DNA from: Eledone cirrhosa
Taxonomy: Eukaryota
NCBI GenBank assembly: GCA_964016885.1
Contig: OZ024741.1
Span: forward strand, 340,256,001-340,320,000
Direction: 5' to 3'
Length of the DNA stretch: 64,000 bases
Shown here: piece after piece, positions 51,749 through 64,000 of the stretch
Layout: the number at the start of each line of letters is the position of its first letter
Position numbering within the stretch: the stretch's first letter is position 1
Position numbers and translations under genes: made by a program
Notes under the pieces: generated by a model
What the model saw: the letters and a program-made list of their open reading frames with translations, nothing else
What the model was told of the DNA's origin: nothing
Databases searched by the model: none

Positions 51749-53909
51749 GTAAGTATTCAACATCTACATATAATTTCAGCATATTGTAAATAGAATTTCG
51801 ACATCTTGTACATAGAATGTCAATTTTTTTCCTATACAGTTTTTCTAATTCTTTTAATAACTCTTTCTTTGGATGTAGCATGGCTGAATAAAAAATTCCA
51901 GGTTGAATCCAATTGTCTACCATCTTGAGTAAGCGTCATTTACACTAGCCATTGCTTTGGGTCAACTTAAGTCTTGTGAATTAAATTTGGTAGATAGAAA
52001 CTACTTTAGTGGTTGAATATTTAGTGGTTAAATTAAGAAAATTGGAGCATTAAATATATTCATAGGGAATTAAATTGGGTAGATAGAAATTACTTTGAAG
52101 CCCATAGAATAGACTGGTATTGATTTTTGCTACCTCCAATTTTTCCAGTTATTTCATGTATGTCATTTAACATTAATACTTCTATCAATGCTGTTGTTTC
52201 ACCATCAGGTCATGCTCTGTCTGACTGGTGCTTTGATATTAGTGGATATAGTAGATTCTTTATCTTGGTGGATAGACTTGTTTCTTGAGAATAATATTTT
52301 AAGTACAATAATGTATATCAACCATTTATTAAGCAGGAAAATAGAAGTTAAGTATGTAATCCATTCTATGAGGAGTTTATTGATCTGGTGGTTATCAAAA
52401 GTGCTTTGACATGTAAATATGAAAACTAAATAACATATAGTTATTAAACTGAACAAGAAATGGTATAGTCTATTAGTTACATAACTAAAATTTCTTTCTA
52501 ATATTAGCACAAAGCCAGCAATTTCCGAGAAGGAAAAAGTCCATTATATTGATCCCAATATTTAAACAGTATTTCATTTTATTGACCCTGGAAGGATGAA
52601 AGGTAAAGTTGACCTCAGGAGGAATTGAACTCAGAATAAAGAAAGTCGTAACTATTTACCTCAAAGCATTCTGTCTGATGCTTTACTGATACTGCAAATC
52701 AACTTACCCTAGTTCGCTAATTAATAATTATTTCTACAATTCGCACAAGGTAAGCAATTTGAAGTGAAGGGGAAAGTCAATTAAATCAAACCAATACATT
52801 ACTGGTACTTTATTTTATTGACCCCATAATGGTGAAAGGCAAAGATAACCTGGACAGGATATGAAATCAGAATGTAAAGGGTCATAACTATATGCTGCAA
52901 AGAATATTGTCTGATACTCTATTGATACTACCAATAAAACTGTCCTCTACCTAGCTAATAATAAAACTGAAGTGAAACTAAACTGGGGTGTGTGTTTTTA
53001 TCGGTAGCATGACTCTACTACAGTGTGTGTGTGTGTATGTGTGTATATATATATGTGTGTGTTTGTATATTTATATGGAGGCTTAGTGGTTAGACATGGC
53101 TTAGTGGTTAGAGCATTGGCCTTGCAATCGAAAGGTTGTGAGTTCAATTCTCAGACCGGGTGATGTGTTATTTCCTTGAGCAAGACACTTTATTTCACAT
53201 TGCTCCAGTTTACTCAGCAAGCCAGAATCAGTTCCCGTCCAACCCTTGCAAGCAGGGAAAAGCGGACGTAAAATGAAATGATGATGATGATGATGATATG
53301 CAACACAAAGATGTTAACGATGGCTCTGAACATTAACCAGTACACACTGAGGATGAAGAACTCAGAGCTGTACGTGAGTGTTCCAAAAGTGACAGAGAGG
53401 AGACTGAAGTTAGCTGGTCATGATCTCCAACATTCAGAGCTGACACAGGACTGATTGGTCCTGAGCGAGCCTCTACTCAAACACACTGGAAGAGGCTGAT
53501 GGAGGATGAAATATGTTGATATCATAAGGACAGACACTGGTCTCTGGGAGATGCTGAATACAGCAGCCATGATAAATGACAGAGACCACTGACAAAAACT
53601 CATACGTGGATCTTGGTAATTTTTGCTGCCTTAGATATTTATATATATATATGAATCAACAATGAGAAGTTATCAAAAGCCAAATTTTTAATATCTTTCT
53701 ATTTATCAACACCACAGTAACAACAGCAAAAATATCAACTGGAGTAGTGACAACTCCAGCGTCATCAACTCAATTAACTGAAGGTAATTTTCTTTTTATT
53801 TCTCTCATTAGATATTTTTTTTTACATCAACAGTACAATTTAAGAATATATGAGTTTCACTGGGAGGATCACTACTAGAACTGTTTCATTCTTTAGAAAT
53901 CATCAGGAA

Positions 53910-53994
<85 letters not shown>

Positions 53995-54000
<6 letters not shown>

Positions 54001-54237
54001 GTTTCTACTCTTGGTACAAGGCCAGCAATTATCGCAGTGTATTACTGGTACTTTATTTTATCGACCCCCGTAAGGATGAAAGGCAAAGTTAATCTCGGCG
54101 GGATTCTGGCATCTATATTAATGTTATTATATCCCGCCAAGGTTAACTTTGCCTTTCATCCTTACAGGGTCAATAAAATAAAGTACCAGTAATGCTCTGG
54201 TTAATTTCTGGCCTTGTGCCAAACGTAGAAACAATTA
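53995..54237. mobile_element. Inverted pair of SINE fragments
   Basis: ~53995-54103 (minus) and ~54132-54237 (plus) are reverse complements, separated by ~28 bp. Confidence 0.8.
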
Positions 54238-55484
54238 TGTATATATATATAATAACATTAATAAAGATGCTGGTGTCACATAAATTGCTTATTCATTATA
54301 ATTATTTCAACGGTTCTCCCATGCAATCAAGATGTGATTCATGCATTTGTTGCTGTTATGAGAACAGTATCTTCATATGAAATTCGATTTTGTGATAGGC
54401 TGCCGGCAGGAAAAAAAGCACACATCCTTCTGTTTGTGCATCCACCAGACATATGAGTTCCTGAAAGGGTCTCCCAGCCGCCATGTTTACTGGACTAAAG
54501 TGCTATCCACGTGTCAATTAGTGAAATCAGGATTCATGCATCCCCCCACAGGATTGAGGTTGTAAATCAGCAGAAAGGAAACCCCCTCAAGTATGTTGAT
54601 CTGTATCAAGCGATAGTCTATGCATAGCCAGAATCCAGTAGATAGTGGAATAAATGGAACTCTGAGTGAGGGTGAGATATATATTTTGACAGCCACATTC
54701 AAGACAACAGTGCAACAGCAACAATGACAACAACAGCAAACACCGACCAATGTGCCTACACTGGCCGCAGAAGTCATAGTGATAGTAATACCCCACCGAC
54801 AACAACAATGATAACAACAGACGACGACGACAACCACAGCAATAAACAGAACTCTGAGGTAGGGTGATAATAAACATACTTGATGGCATCCATCCTCAAG
54901 ATAACAGCAACAACAACAACAGCACAAACAGCAACACCACCCATCGCCCACACTGATTGTCACAGTAGTAGTGATATTAATGATATTAGTACTCAGTTAA
55001 TGGCAGCGAGTACACACTACCTGAGAGCCAGGCAGTAGCAACACTAACAACAACAAAAACAACAACATGGGTAATGAACACATCACGGTGATGATGGCAA
55101 TAAAAAGGCCTGGTGGTGCGGGTCACTGTAAACAAATTCTTATGTTAATAACAGTACTCACATAATAATCATGACAATCATAACTTCCACCCTATGGCAC
55201 AAGGCCAGCATAATCACAGTGTAGAATAATTATTAACCACAATAGTAGTAAGTTGTAACTACATTGGTATTAATACTATCAACGGTGGCAACCATGTCCA
55301 ACAAAAAGGGCTGCTAGACTGTGGAAGTAAGCTGTAGGAAGTGAATATAGAGACAGAAAAACATATAGATATAAATTCAGGTACATATATGGAAAAAATA
55401 GGAAGAAACGAAACAAAGATTAAACATAAATATAAAAGTAGGCATACATACGGAGAACAAGGAATAAAACTATCACTTCTGAAC

Positions 55485-58181
55485 AAATATATATATATAT
55501 ATATATATATGATGGCTGCCTCCTTGTTATCAAGTATGGCCATTGCACAATAAAAAAAACCCAAAAATCACATACACATAGATATTAATAATTAACAGTG
55601 CTGCAATTGAATGTGGCTTTTTAGCCAACCCAATGATCTAAAATATCTTGCACAGAGTTGGCAACCATGATAAAAACATTCACTGGCAATAGTCGGCTGT
55701 AGTTAATCTTCATATACTTTTGCATGTTATTTGAGCCCTCCTGCTGATCTACACTCTTTTCCACATGCTTGACAGGTATGATGAGTAGCATCTCTGACAG
55801 CAGCCTGGTAGTCAACCATTGGTCTCACTTTATGACTGCAAAGATGACTTTTGAGTCCAGCTTTGCTGAGGCAGTGTCTTGCACAGATGCTGCATGTCAG
55901 TGCCATAGGAGGACCTTTGTTTTCTGGAAATGTAATAGCAATGCCATTTCTGACATCCCTTTTTACTTTCTTGTATGCGATTTGAGATGCTTCAAAAGCA
56001 ACTTTCCCATCATGTACAGTCTTTCTCCATTTATTACAATCAGCAGCTTCGCTTTCCCATGTATCAGTAGATGTTAGCGTCGTTCAAGGAGTCTCTCAAC
56101 GAATCCTCATACATCTTCTTTGGTTTATGTGGAGGTCGTTTTCCTTTAACTAACTCTCCATTAAAGAGTTGTTTAGGTATCCTTGAATCCTTTATCCTGG
56201 CAAGGTGACCACTCTTTCAGAGTCTTTGCTTAAGCACATGAGCTTCTATGCATTCACTGATGTGGTCCCTTCAGTGAATGCCATGGATCCATCTGAAACA
56301 CATCTGATGGAAACACTTCAACTGTTTAAGGTGATATCGATATGTGACTCAGGTCTCACAGGCATAAAGAAAAGAAGAGAGCACATATGCCTTGTACACC
56401 TTTACCTTTGTCTCCTTGCATATGCCTTGCTGACCCCAGAGGTATCTTTCTATCCGTCCATCCATATTTACATATACATAGGCGCCATCCATATTTACAT
56501 ACATACATACAGTTACACATATATACACGTTTTCATACATATATATATATTAACAAGTATGGACAAGGTGTCAAATTTTCACTAACTTTATTCAGGTGTG
56601 ATGTGCGTTTCATGATTTATCAACTCATCAGATTTCTGTAAGCTAACAGAAGTCCGATGAGCTTTTGATTTCAGAGTGAGGCCCAATTGATAGAGATCGA
56701 ACCTTGATCTGATAAATCGCGAAACGCATGTAACACCAGAATAAACTTAATGAAAATGTGTCACCTCGTTCATATTTATTAATATTAGACTCTGCTTAGT
56801 ACAACCCAAAAGCAAATACTGGAAACTACGCATCGAGTACTCACTTTGGTGAACCAACAGTAACTTGGCGTTACAATCGCTAAACTATATATATATACAT
56901 ATATATATTACATAGAACAGAATATATGAACATATACACACACCAATAACTACATAAAATATACATATAAGAAAATATATATAAATACATATAAACATTA
57001 AAATCAAATATTAATCAATTATCAATGAAAAGCAATTAATTTACCTCTAATAAAGAGCAAACTATAAGTAGAAAAAGAGAATAAAGTTGGAACTAAGAAT
57101 ATCTATTAAGATGAAGAATAAAAATAGTTATACAGTATTAATATCTCTAAAAAAAAAAAAGGACTAATATAAACTATTAGAATGTTTAGAGGTTGAATTA
57201 AGAAAATTGGAGTATTAAATATATTCAGTGAAATAAATTGGCTAGATAAAACTACTTTGAAGCCCATAGGCTGGGCTGTATCTGTAATCCAAAGGGCCAG
57301 CCATGTCATGCACTGTGTCTCTTTGAATCTCTCTGAGAACTACATTAAGGATACATATGTTTGGGGAATACTCAATCACTTTAATACAAGATGGATTGTA
57401 CACTGTACATTTTTCTACAAACACATTTACATTGCAGGGCATTGACAAACCTCCTGCTTTCAGCCTCTTTATGTGCTATGTATAACTTTCATCTAGCTTC
57501 TTTTTTATCTATCTGGTATAGGTTTTTGCTACCTCCAATTTTTCCAGTTATTTCATGTATGTCGTTTAACATTTATACTTCTATCAAACTGTCTGACTGG
57601 TGCTTTGGTATTAGTGGCTATAGTAGATTCTTTATCTTGGTGGATAGAATTGTATTTTGAGAATAATATTTTAAGTACAATAATGTATGTCAACCTGCTT
57701 AGATATTTATATATATATATGAATCAACAATGAGAAGTTATCAAAAGCCAAATTTTTAATATCTTTCTATTTATCAACACCACAGTAACAACAGCAAAAA
57801 TATCAACTGAAGTAGTGACAACTCCAGTGTCATCAACTCAATTAACTGAAGGTAATTTTCTTTTTACTTCTCTCATTAAATTTTTTTTTTTTATTACATC
57901 AACAGTAAAATTTAAGAATATATGTGTTTCAGTGGCAGGATCTAAATATACTTTCCCAGCTCATCAGTTGAGCCATCTTAAATTTGGAGATAGCTGAACT
58001 GATGAACTGAAAAGGTATATTTAAATCCTCCCAGTGAAACAAGTGTTTTTTCAAAATGTACTGTAGATATAAAAGATTTTATATTACACAACCTGCTCCA
58101 CAGATTGAGTGCTGTACCCTCCCAAATTTGGATATTTATACAAAAATGTCTTGCCCTCTCTCTCTCTCTCTCATCTCTTTC

Positions 58182-58241
<60 letters not shown>

Positions 58242-60907
58242 TATATATATATATTATGGCTGCCTCCTTGTTATCGAGTATGGCCATCTCACAATAAAAA
58301 AAAAAACCCCCAAAATACACACACATAGATATTAATAATTAACAGTGCTGCAATTGAATGTGGCTTTTTAGCCCAGCCAATGATCTTAATTATCTTGCAC
58401 AGAGTTGGCAACCATAATAAAAACATTCACTGGCAATAGTCGGCTGTAGTTGGACTTCATGTACTTTTGCATATCATTTGAGCCCTCCTGCTGATCTACA
58501 CTCTTTTCCACATGCTTGACAGGTATGATGAGTAGCAGCTCTGATAGCAGCCTGGTAGTCAATCACTGGTCTCAATTTATGACTGCAAAGATGACTTTTG
58601 ATCTCTTGCACAGATGCTGCATGTCAGCACCATAGGAGGACATTTACTTTCTGGAAATGTAACAACAATGCCTTTCTTCACATCCCTCTTTACTTTCTCG
58701 TATGCAATTCGAGATGCTTCAAAATCAACTTTCCCCTCATGTACAGTCTTTCTCCATTTATTACGATCAGCAGCTTCACTTTCCTATTTATCAGCAGAGA
58801 TGTTAGTGTCGTTCAAGGAGGCTTTCAACAAATCCTTATACCTCTTCTTTGGTTTATGTGGAGGTCGTTTTCCTTTAACTAACTCTCCATTAAAGAGTTG
58901 TTTAGGTATCCTTGAATCCTTTATCCTGGCAAGGTGACCACTCTTTCAGAGTCTTTGCTTAAGCACATGAGCTTCTATGCATTCACTGATGTGGTCCCTT
59001 CAGTGAATGCCATGGATCCATCTGAAACACATCTGATGGAAACACTTCAACTGTTTAAGGTGATATCGATATGTGACTCAGGTCTCACAGGCATAAAGAA
59101 AAGAAGAGAGCACATATGCCTTGTACACCTTTACCTTTGTCTCCTTGCATATGCCTTGCTGACCCCAGAGGTATCTTTCTATCCGTCCATCCATATTTAC
59201 ATATACATAGGCGCCATCCATATTTACATACATACATACAGTTACACATATATACACGTTTTCATACATATATATATATTAACAAGTATGGACAAGGTGT
59301 CAAATTTTCACTAACTTTATTCAGGTGTGATGTGCGTTTCATGATTTATCAACTCATCAGATTTCTGTAAGCTAACAGAAGTCCGATGAGCTTTTGATTT
59401 CAGAGTGAGGCCCAATTGATAGAGATCGAACCTTGATCTGATAAATCGCGAAACGCATGTAACACCAGAATAAACTTAATGAAAATGTGTCACCTCGTTC
59501 ATATTTATTAATATTAGACTCTGCTTAGTACAACCCAAAAGCAAATACTGGAAACTACGCATCGAGTACTCACTTTGGTGAACCAACAGTAACTTGGCGT
59601 TACAATCGCTAAACTATATATATATACATATATATATTACATAGAACAGAATATATGAACATATACACACACCAATAACTACATAAAATATACATATAAG
59701 AAAATATATATAAATACATATAAACATTAAAATCAAATATTAATCAATTATCAATGAAAAGCAATTAATTTACCTCTAATAAAGAGCAAACTATAAGTAG
59801 AAAAAGAGAATAAAGTTGGAACTAAGAATATCTATTAAGATGAAGAATAAAAATAGTTATACAGTATTAATATCTCTAAAAAAAAAAAAAGGACTAATAT
59901 AAACTATTAGAATGTTTAGAGGTTGAATTAAGAAAATTGGAGTATTAAATATATTCAGTGAAATAAATTGGCTAGATAAAACTACTTTGAAGCCCATAGG
60001 CTGGGCTGTATCTGTAATCCAAAGGGCCAGCCATGTCATGCACTGTGTCTCTTTGAATCTCTCTGAGAACTACATTAAGGATACATATGTTTGGGGAATA
60101 CTCAATCACTTTAATACAAGATGGATTGTACACTGTACATTTTTCTACAAACACATTTACATTGCAGGGCATTGACAAACCTCCTGCTTTCAGCCTCTTT
60201 ATGTGCTATGTATAACTTTCATCTAGCTTCTTTTTTATCTATCTGGTATAGGTTTTTGCTACCTCCAATTTTTCCAGTTATTTCATGTATGTCGTTTAAC
60301 ATTTATACTTCTATCAAACTGTCTGACTGGTGCTTTGGTATTAGTGGCTATAGTAGATTCTTTATCTTGGTGGATAGAATTGTATTTTGAGAATAATATT
60401 TTAAGTACAATAATGTATGTCAACCTGCTTAGATATTTATATATATATATGAATCAACAATGAGAAGTTATCAAAAGCCAAATTTTTAATATCTTTCTAT
60501 TTATCAACACCACAGTAACAACAGCAAAAATATCAACTGGAGTAGTGACAACTCCAGTGTCATCAACTCAATTAACTGAAGGTAATTTTCTTTTTATTTC
60601 TCTCATTAAATTTTTTTTTTTTATTACATCAACAGTAAAATTTAAGAATATATGTGTTTCAGTGGCAGGATCTAAATATACTTTCCCAGCTCATCAGTTG
60701 AGCCATCTTAAATTTGGAGATAGCTGAACTGATGAACTGAAAAGGTATATTTAAATCCTCCCAGTGAAACAAGTATTTTTGCAAAATGTACTGTAGATAT
60801 AATAAAAGATTTTATATTACACAACCTGCTCCACAGATTGAGTGCTGTACCCTCCCAAATTTGGATATTTATACAAAAATGTCTTGCCCTCTCTCATCTC
60901 TTTCTCC

Positions 60908-60985
<78 letters not shown>

Positions 60986-62178
60986 TATATATATATATTA
61001 TGGCTGCCTCCTTGTTATCGAGTATGGCCATCTCACAATAAAAAAAAAAAAACCCAAAATACACACACATAGATATTAATAATTAACAGTGCTGCAATTG
61101 AATGTGGCTTTTTAGCCCAGCCAATGATCTAAATTATCTTGCACAGAGTTGGCAACCATAATAAAAACATTCACTGGCAATAGTTCGCTGTAGTTGGACT
61201 TCATGTACTTTTGCATATCATTTGAGCCCTCCTGCTGATCTACACTCTTTTCCACATGCTTGACAGGTATGATGAGTAGCATCTCTGACAGCAGCCTGGT
61301 AGTCAATCACTGGTCTCAATTTATGACTGCAAAGATGACTTTTGATCTCTTGCACAGATGCTGCATGTCAGCACCATAGGAGGACATTTACTTTCTGGAA
61401 ATGTAACAACAATGCCTTTCATGACATCCTTTTTTACTTTCTCGTATGCAATTCGAGATGCTTCAAAATCAACTTTCCCCTCATGTACAGTCTTTCTCCA
61501 TTTATTACGATCAGCAGCTTCACTTTCCTATTTATCAGCAGAGATGTTAGTGTCGTTCAAGGAGGCTTTCAGCGAATCCTTATACCTCTTCTTTGGTTTA
61601 TGTGGAGGTCGTTTTCCTTTAACTAACTCTCCATTAAAGAGTTGTTTAGGTATCCTTGAATCCTTTATCCTGGCAAGGTGACCACTCTTTCAGAGTCTTT
61701 GCTTAAGCACATGAGCTTCTATGCATTCACTGATGTGGTCCCTTCAGTGAATGCCATGGATCCATCTGAAACACATCTGATGGAAACACTTCAACTGTTT
61801 AAGGTGATATCGATATGTGACTCAGGTCTTACAGGCATAAAGAAGAGAAGAGAGAACATGCCTTGTACACATTTACCTTTGTCTCCTTGCACATGTCTTG
61901 TTGACCCCAGAGGTGTCTTTCTACCTTTCCAAAAGCACCACTTGCTTTCCTAATCTTGTGTGGAATTTCATTATCAAGATTGCTGTATTGATTGACAGTG
62001 CTTCCCAGGTAGACAAACTGATCAATCATTCCACTTTATTTACCATACACATATATATTTGGTTCATTGTACTGCTTACCAGTGTACATGACAACAGCAG
62101 CATGACTCTCCGAAAGTACAAATATATATGTATGTGTGTGGGTGGATGTGTATATGTGTGTATGTGTGCATATAAGCC

Positions 62179-62209
<31 letters not shown>

Positions 62210-64000
62210 ATTTTTATATATATATGCTACACAAGGATGCTGACGATGGCTCTGAATATTAACCAGTTCAAACTGAGGATGAAGAACACAGAGCTGTACG
62301 GGAGCCTTCCAAAAGTGACAGGGAGGAGACTTAAGTTAATTGGTCATGATCACCGACATTCAGAGATGACACAGGACTGAGTGGTCCTGTGGGAGCCTCT
62401 ACTCGGACACACTGGAAGAGGGAGATGGAGGATGACATATGTTGATGCCCTAATGACAGACACTGGTCTTCATGAGACACAGGACACATCAGTGATGATA
62501 ATGGACAGAGACCACTGGAGAGAACTCATCTGTGGATCTGGGAAATTTTACCTGTTCTAGATATATATATATATGAGAAGTTATCAAAAGTCAAATTTTT
62601 TAATATATTTCTATTTATCAATACCACAGATACTTTAGAACTAACAACAACACCAAATATATCAACGGGAGTGTCAAATATATCAACTCCAGTGTCATCA
62701 ACTCAATTAAATGAAGGTAATTTTCTTTTTATTTCTCTCATTAGATATTTTTATTACATCAACAGTACAATTTAAGAATATATGTGTTTCAGTGGGAGGA
62801 TCCAAATATACTTTCCCAGCTCATCAGTTGAGCCATCTTAAATTTTGAGATAGCTGAACTGATGAACTGAAAAGGTATATTTAAATCCTCCCAGTGAAAC
62901 ACGTGTTTTTGGAAAATGTACTGTACATATAACTGTTTCTACTTTAGGCACAAGGCCAGCAATTACCCAGTACATTACTGGTACTTTATTTTATCGACCC
63001 CATAAGGATGAGAGGCAAAGTTAACCTCGGTGGGATTTGAACTCAAACCGCAAAGGGACGTAACTATGCTGGAAAGCATGGCATCCAACCTTCTACCGAT
63101 ACTGCCAAAAAAGATTATATATCACACAACATCCTCCTTGGATTGAGTGCTGTACCCTCCCAACTATGTATATTTATACAAAAATCTCTTACCCAAATAT
63201 ATATAGATATATATATATATAATGGCTGCTCCCTTGTTATCGTGTATGACCATTGCACAATAAAAAAAAAACCAAAACACATACATATATATATTAATAA
63301 TTTACCGTGCTGCAATTGAATGTGGCTACATTCTTTTCCACATGCTTGACAGTTATGATGACTAGCATCTCTCACAGCAGCCTGGTAGTCAACCACTGGT
63401 CCCACTTTATGACTGCGAAGATGACTTTTGAGTCCAGCTTTCCTGAGGCAGTGTCTTGCACAGACGCTGCATGTCAGGGCCATAGGAGGACCTTTGCTTT
63501 CTGGAAATGTAAAAGCAATGCCATTTCTGACATCCCTGTTTTACTTTCTTGTATGCGATTTGAGATGCTTCAAAAGCAACTTTCCCATCATGTACAGTCT
63601 TTCTCCATTTATTATGATCAACAGCTTCGCTTTCCCATATATCAGCAGAGATGTTAGTGTCGTTCAAGGAGGCTGTCAACGAATCCTTATACCTCTTCCT
63701 TGGTTTATGTGGTGGTTGTTTTCCTTTAACTAACTCTCCACAAGAGTTGTTTAGGTATCCTTGAATCCTTCATCCTAGAAAGGTGACCTCTCCATTGGAG
63801 TATTTCCTTAAGCACAAGAGCTTCTATGCATTCACACAGAGAGCTTTCCAAAATCTTGACATCACTGAGGTGGTCTCTCCAGTGAACACCATGGATTCGC
63901 CTGAGACACATCAGATGGAAACGTTTCAACTGTTTAAGGTGGTGTCAATATGTGACCCAGGTCTCACAGGCATAAAGAAGAGAGCACATATGCCTTGTAC
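55485..64000. repeat. Local tandem duplication (~2.73 kb unit) carrying a minus-strand RTE-type LINE 3' fragment with C2H2 finger
   Basis: Offsets 2729 (56205 vs 58934) and 2744 (58934 vs 61678), plus a more diverged copy from ~63190. Motifs YACETW, SRIPKQL, CSVCARHCLRKAGLKSHLRSH. Confidence 0.88.

Noticed and set aside
53735-53775. Hairpin ctggagt/actccag with TTGATGA...GATA on the minus strand
   Set aside because: Both core boxes deviate from the hammerhead consensus; too weak to call.

Overview
Repeat-dense animal genomic DNA, most likely an octopus or other cephalopod (inferred from the SINE/LINE families and the TA microsatellites). The window lies inside a + strand host gene. Seven phase-compatible exons (5797-51748) encode tandem, divergent PLAT/LH2-like domains, and one intron is GC-AG. 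The introns hold RTE, R4/Dong-like and Tx1/L1-like LINEs, a Penelope-like remnant, a mariner remnant, tRNA-derived SINEs, two Ty3/Gypsy elements and a ~2.7 kb local tandem duplication. The main finding is a three-level nest. A small TRIM-like LTR element (10886-21301) contains a full-length Gypsy (11645-21093). The Gypsy 3' region contains a very young 3.5 kb insertion (12556-16059): 6.5 near-identical 466-bp units plus one inverted unit, flanked by a 13-bp target-site duplication. Each complete unit carries a minimal type I hammerhead ribozyme motif, so this looks like a retrozyme, possibly copied by rolling-circle reverse transcription of a circular RNA. All calls were made by eye, with no searches or folding run.
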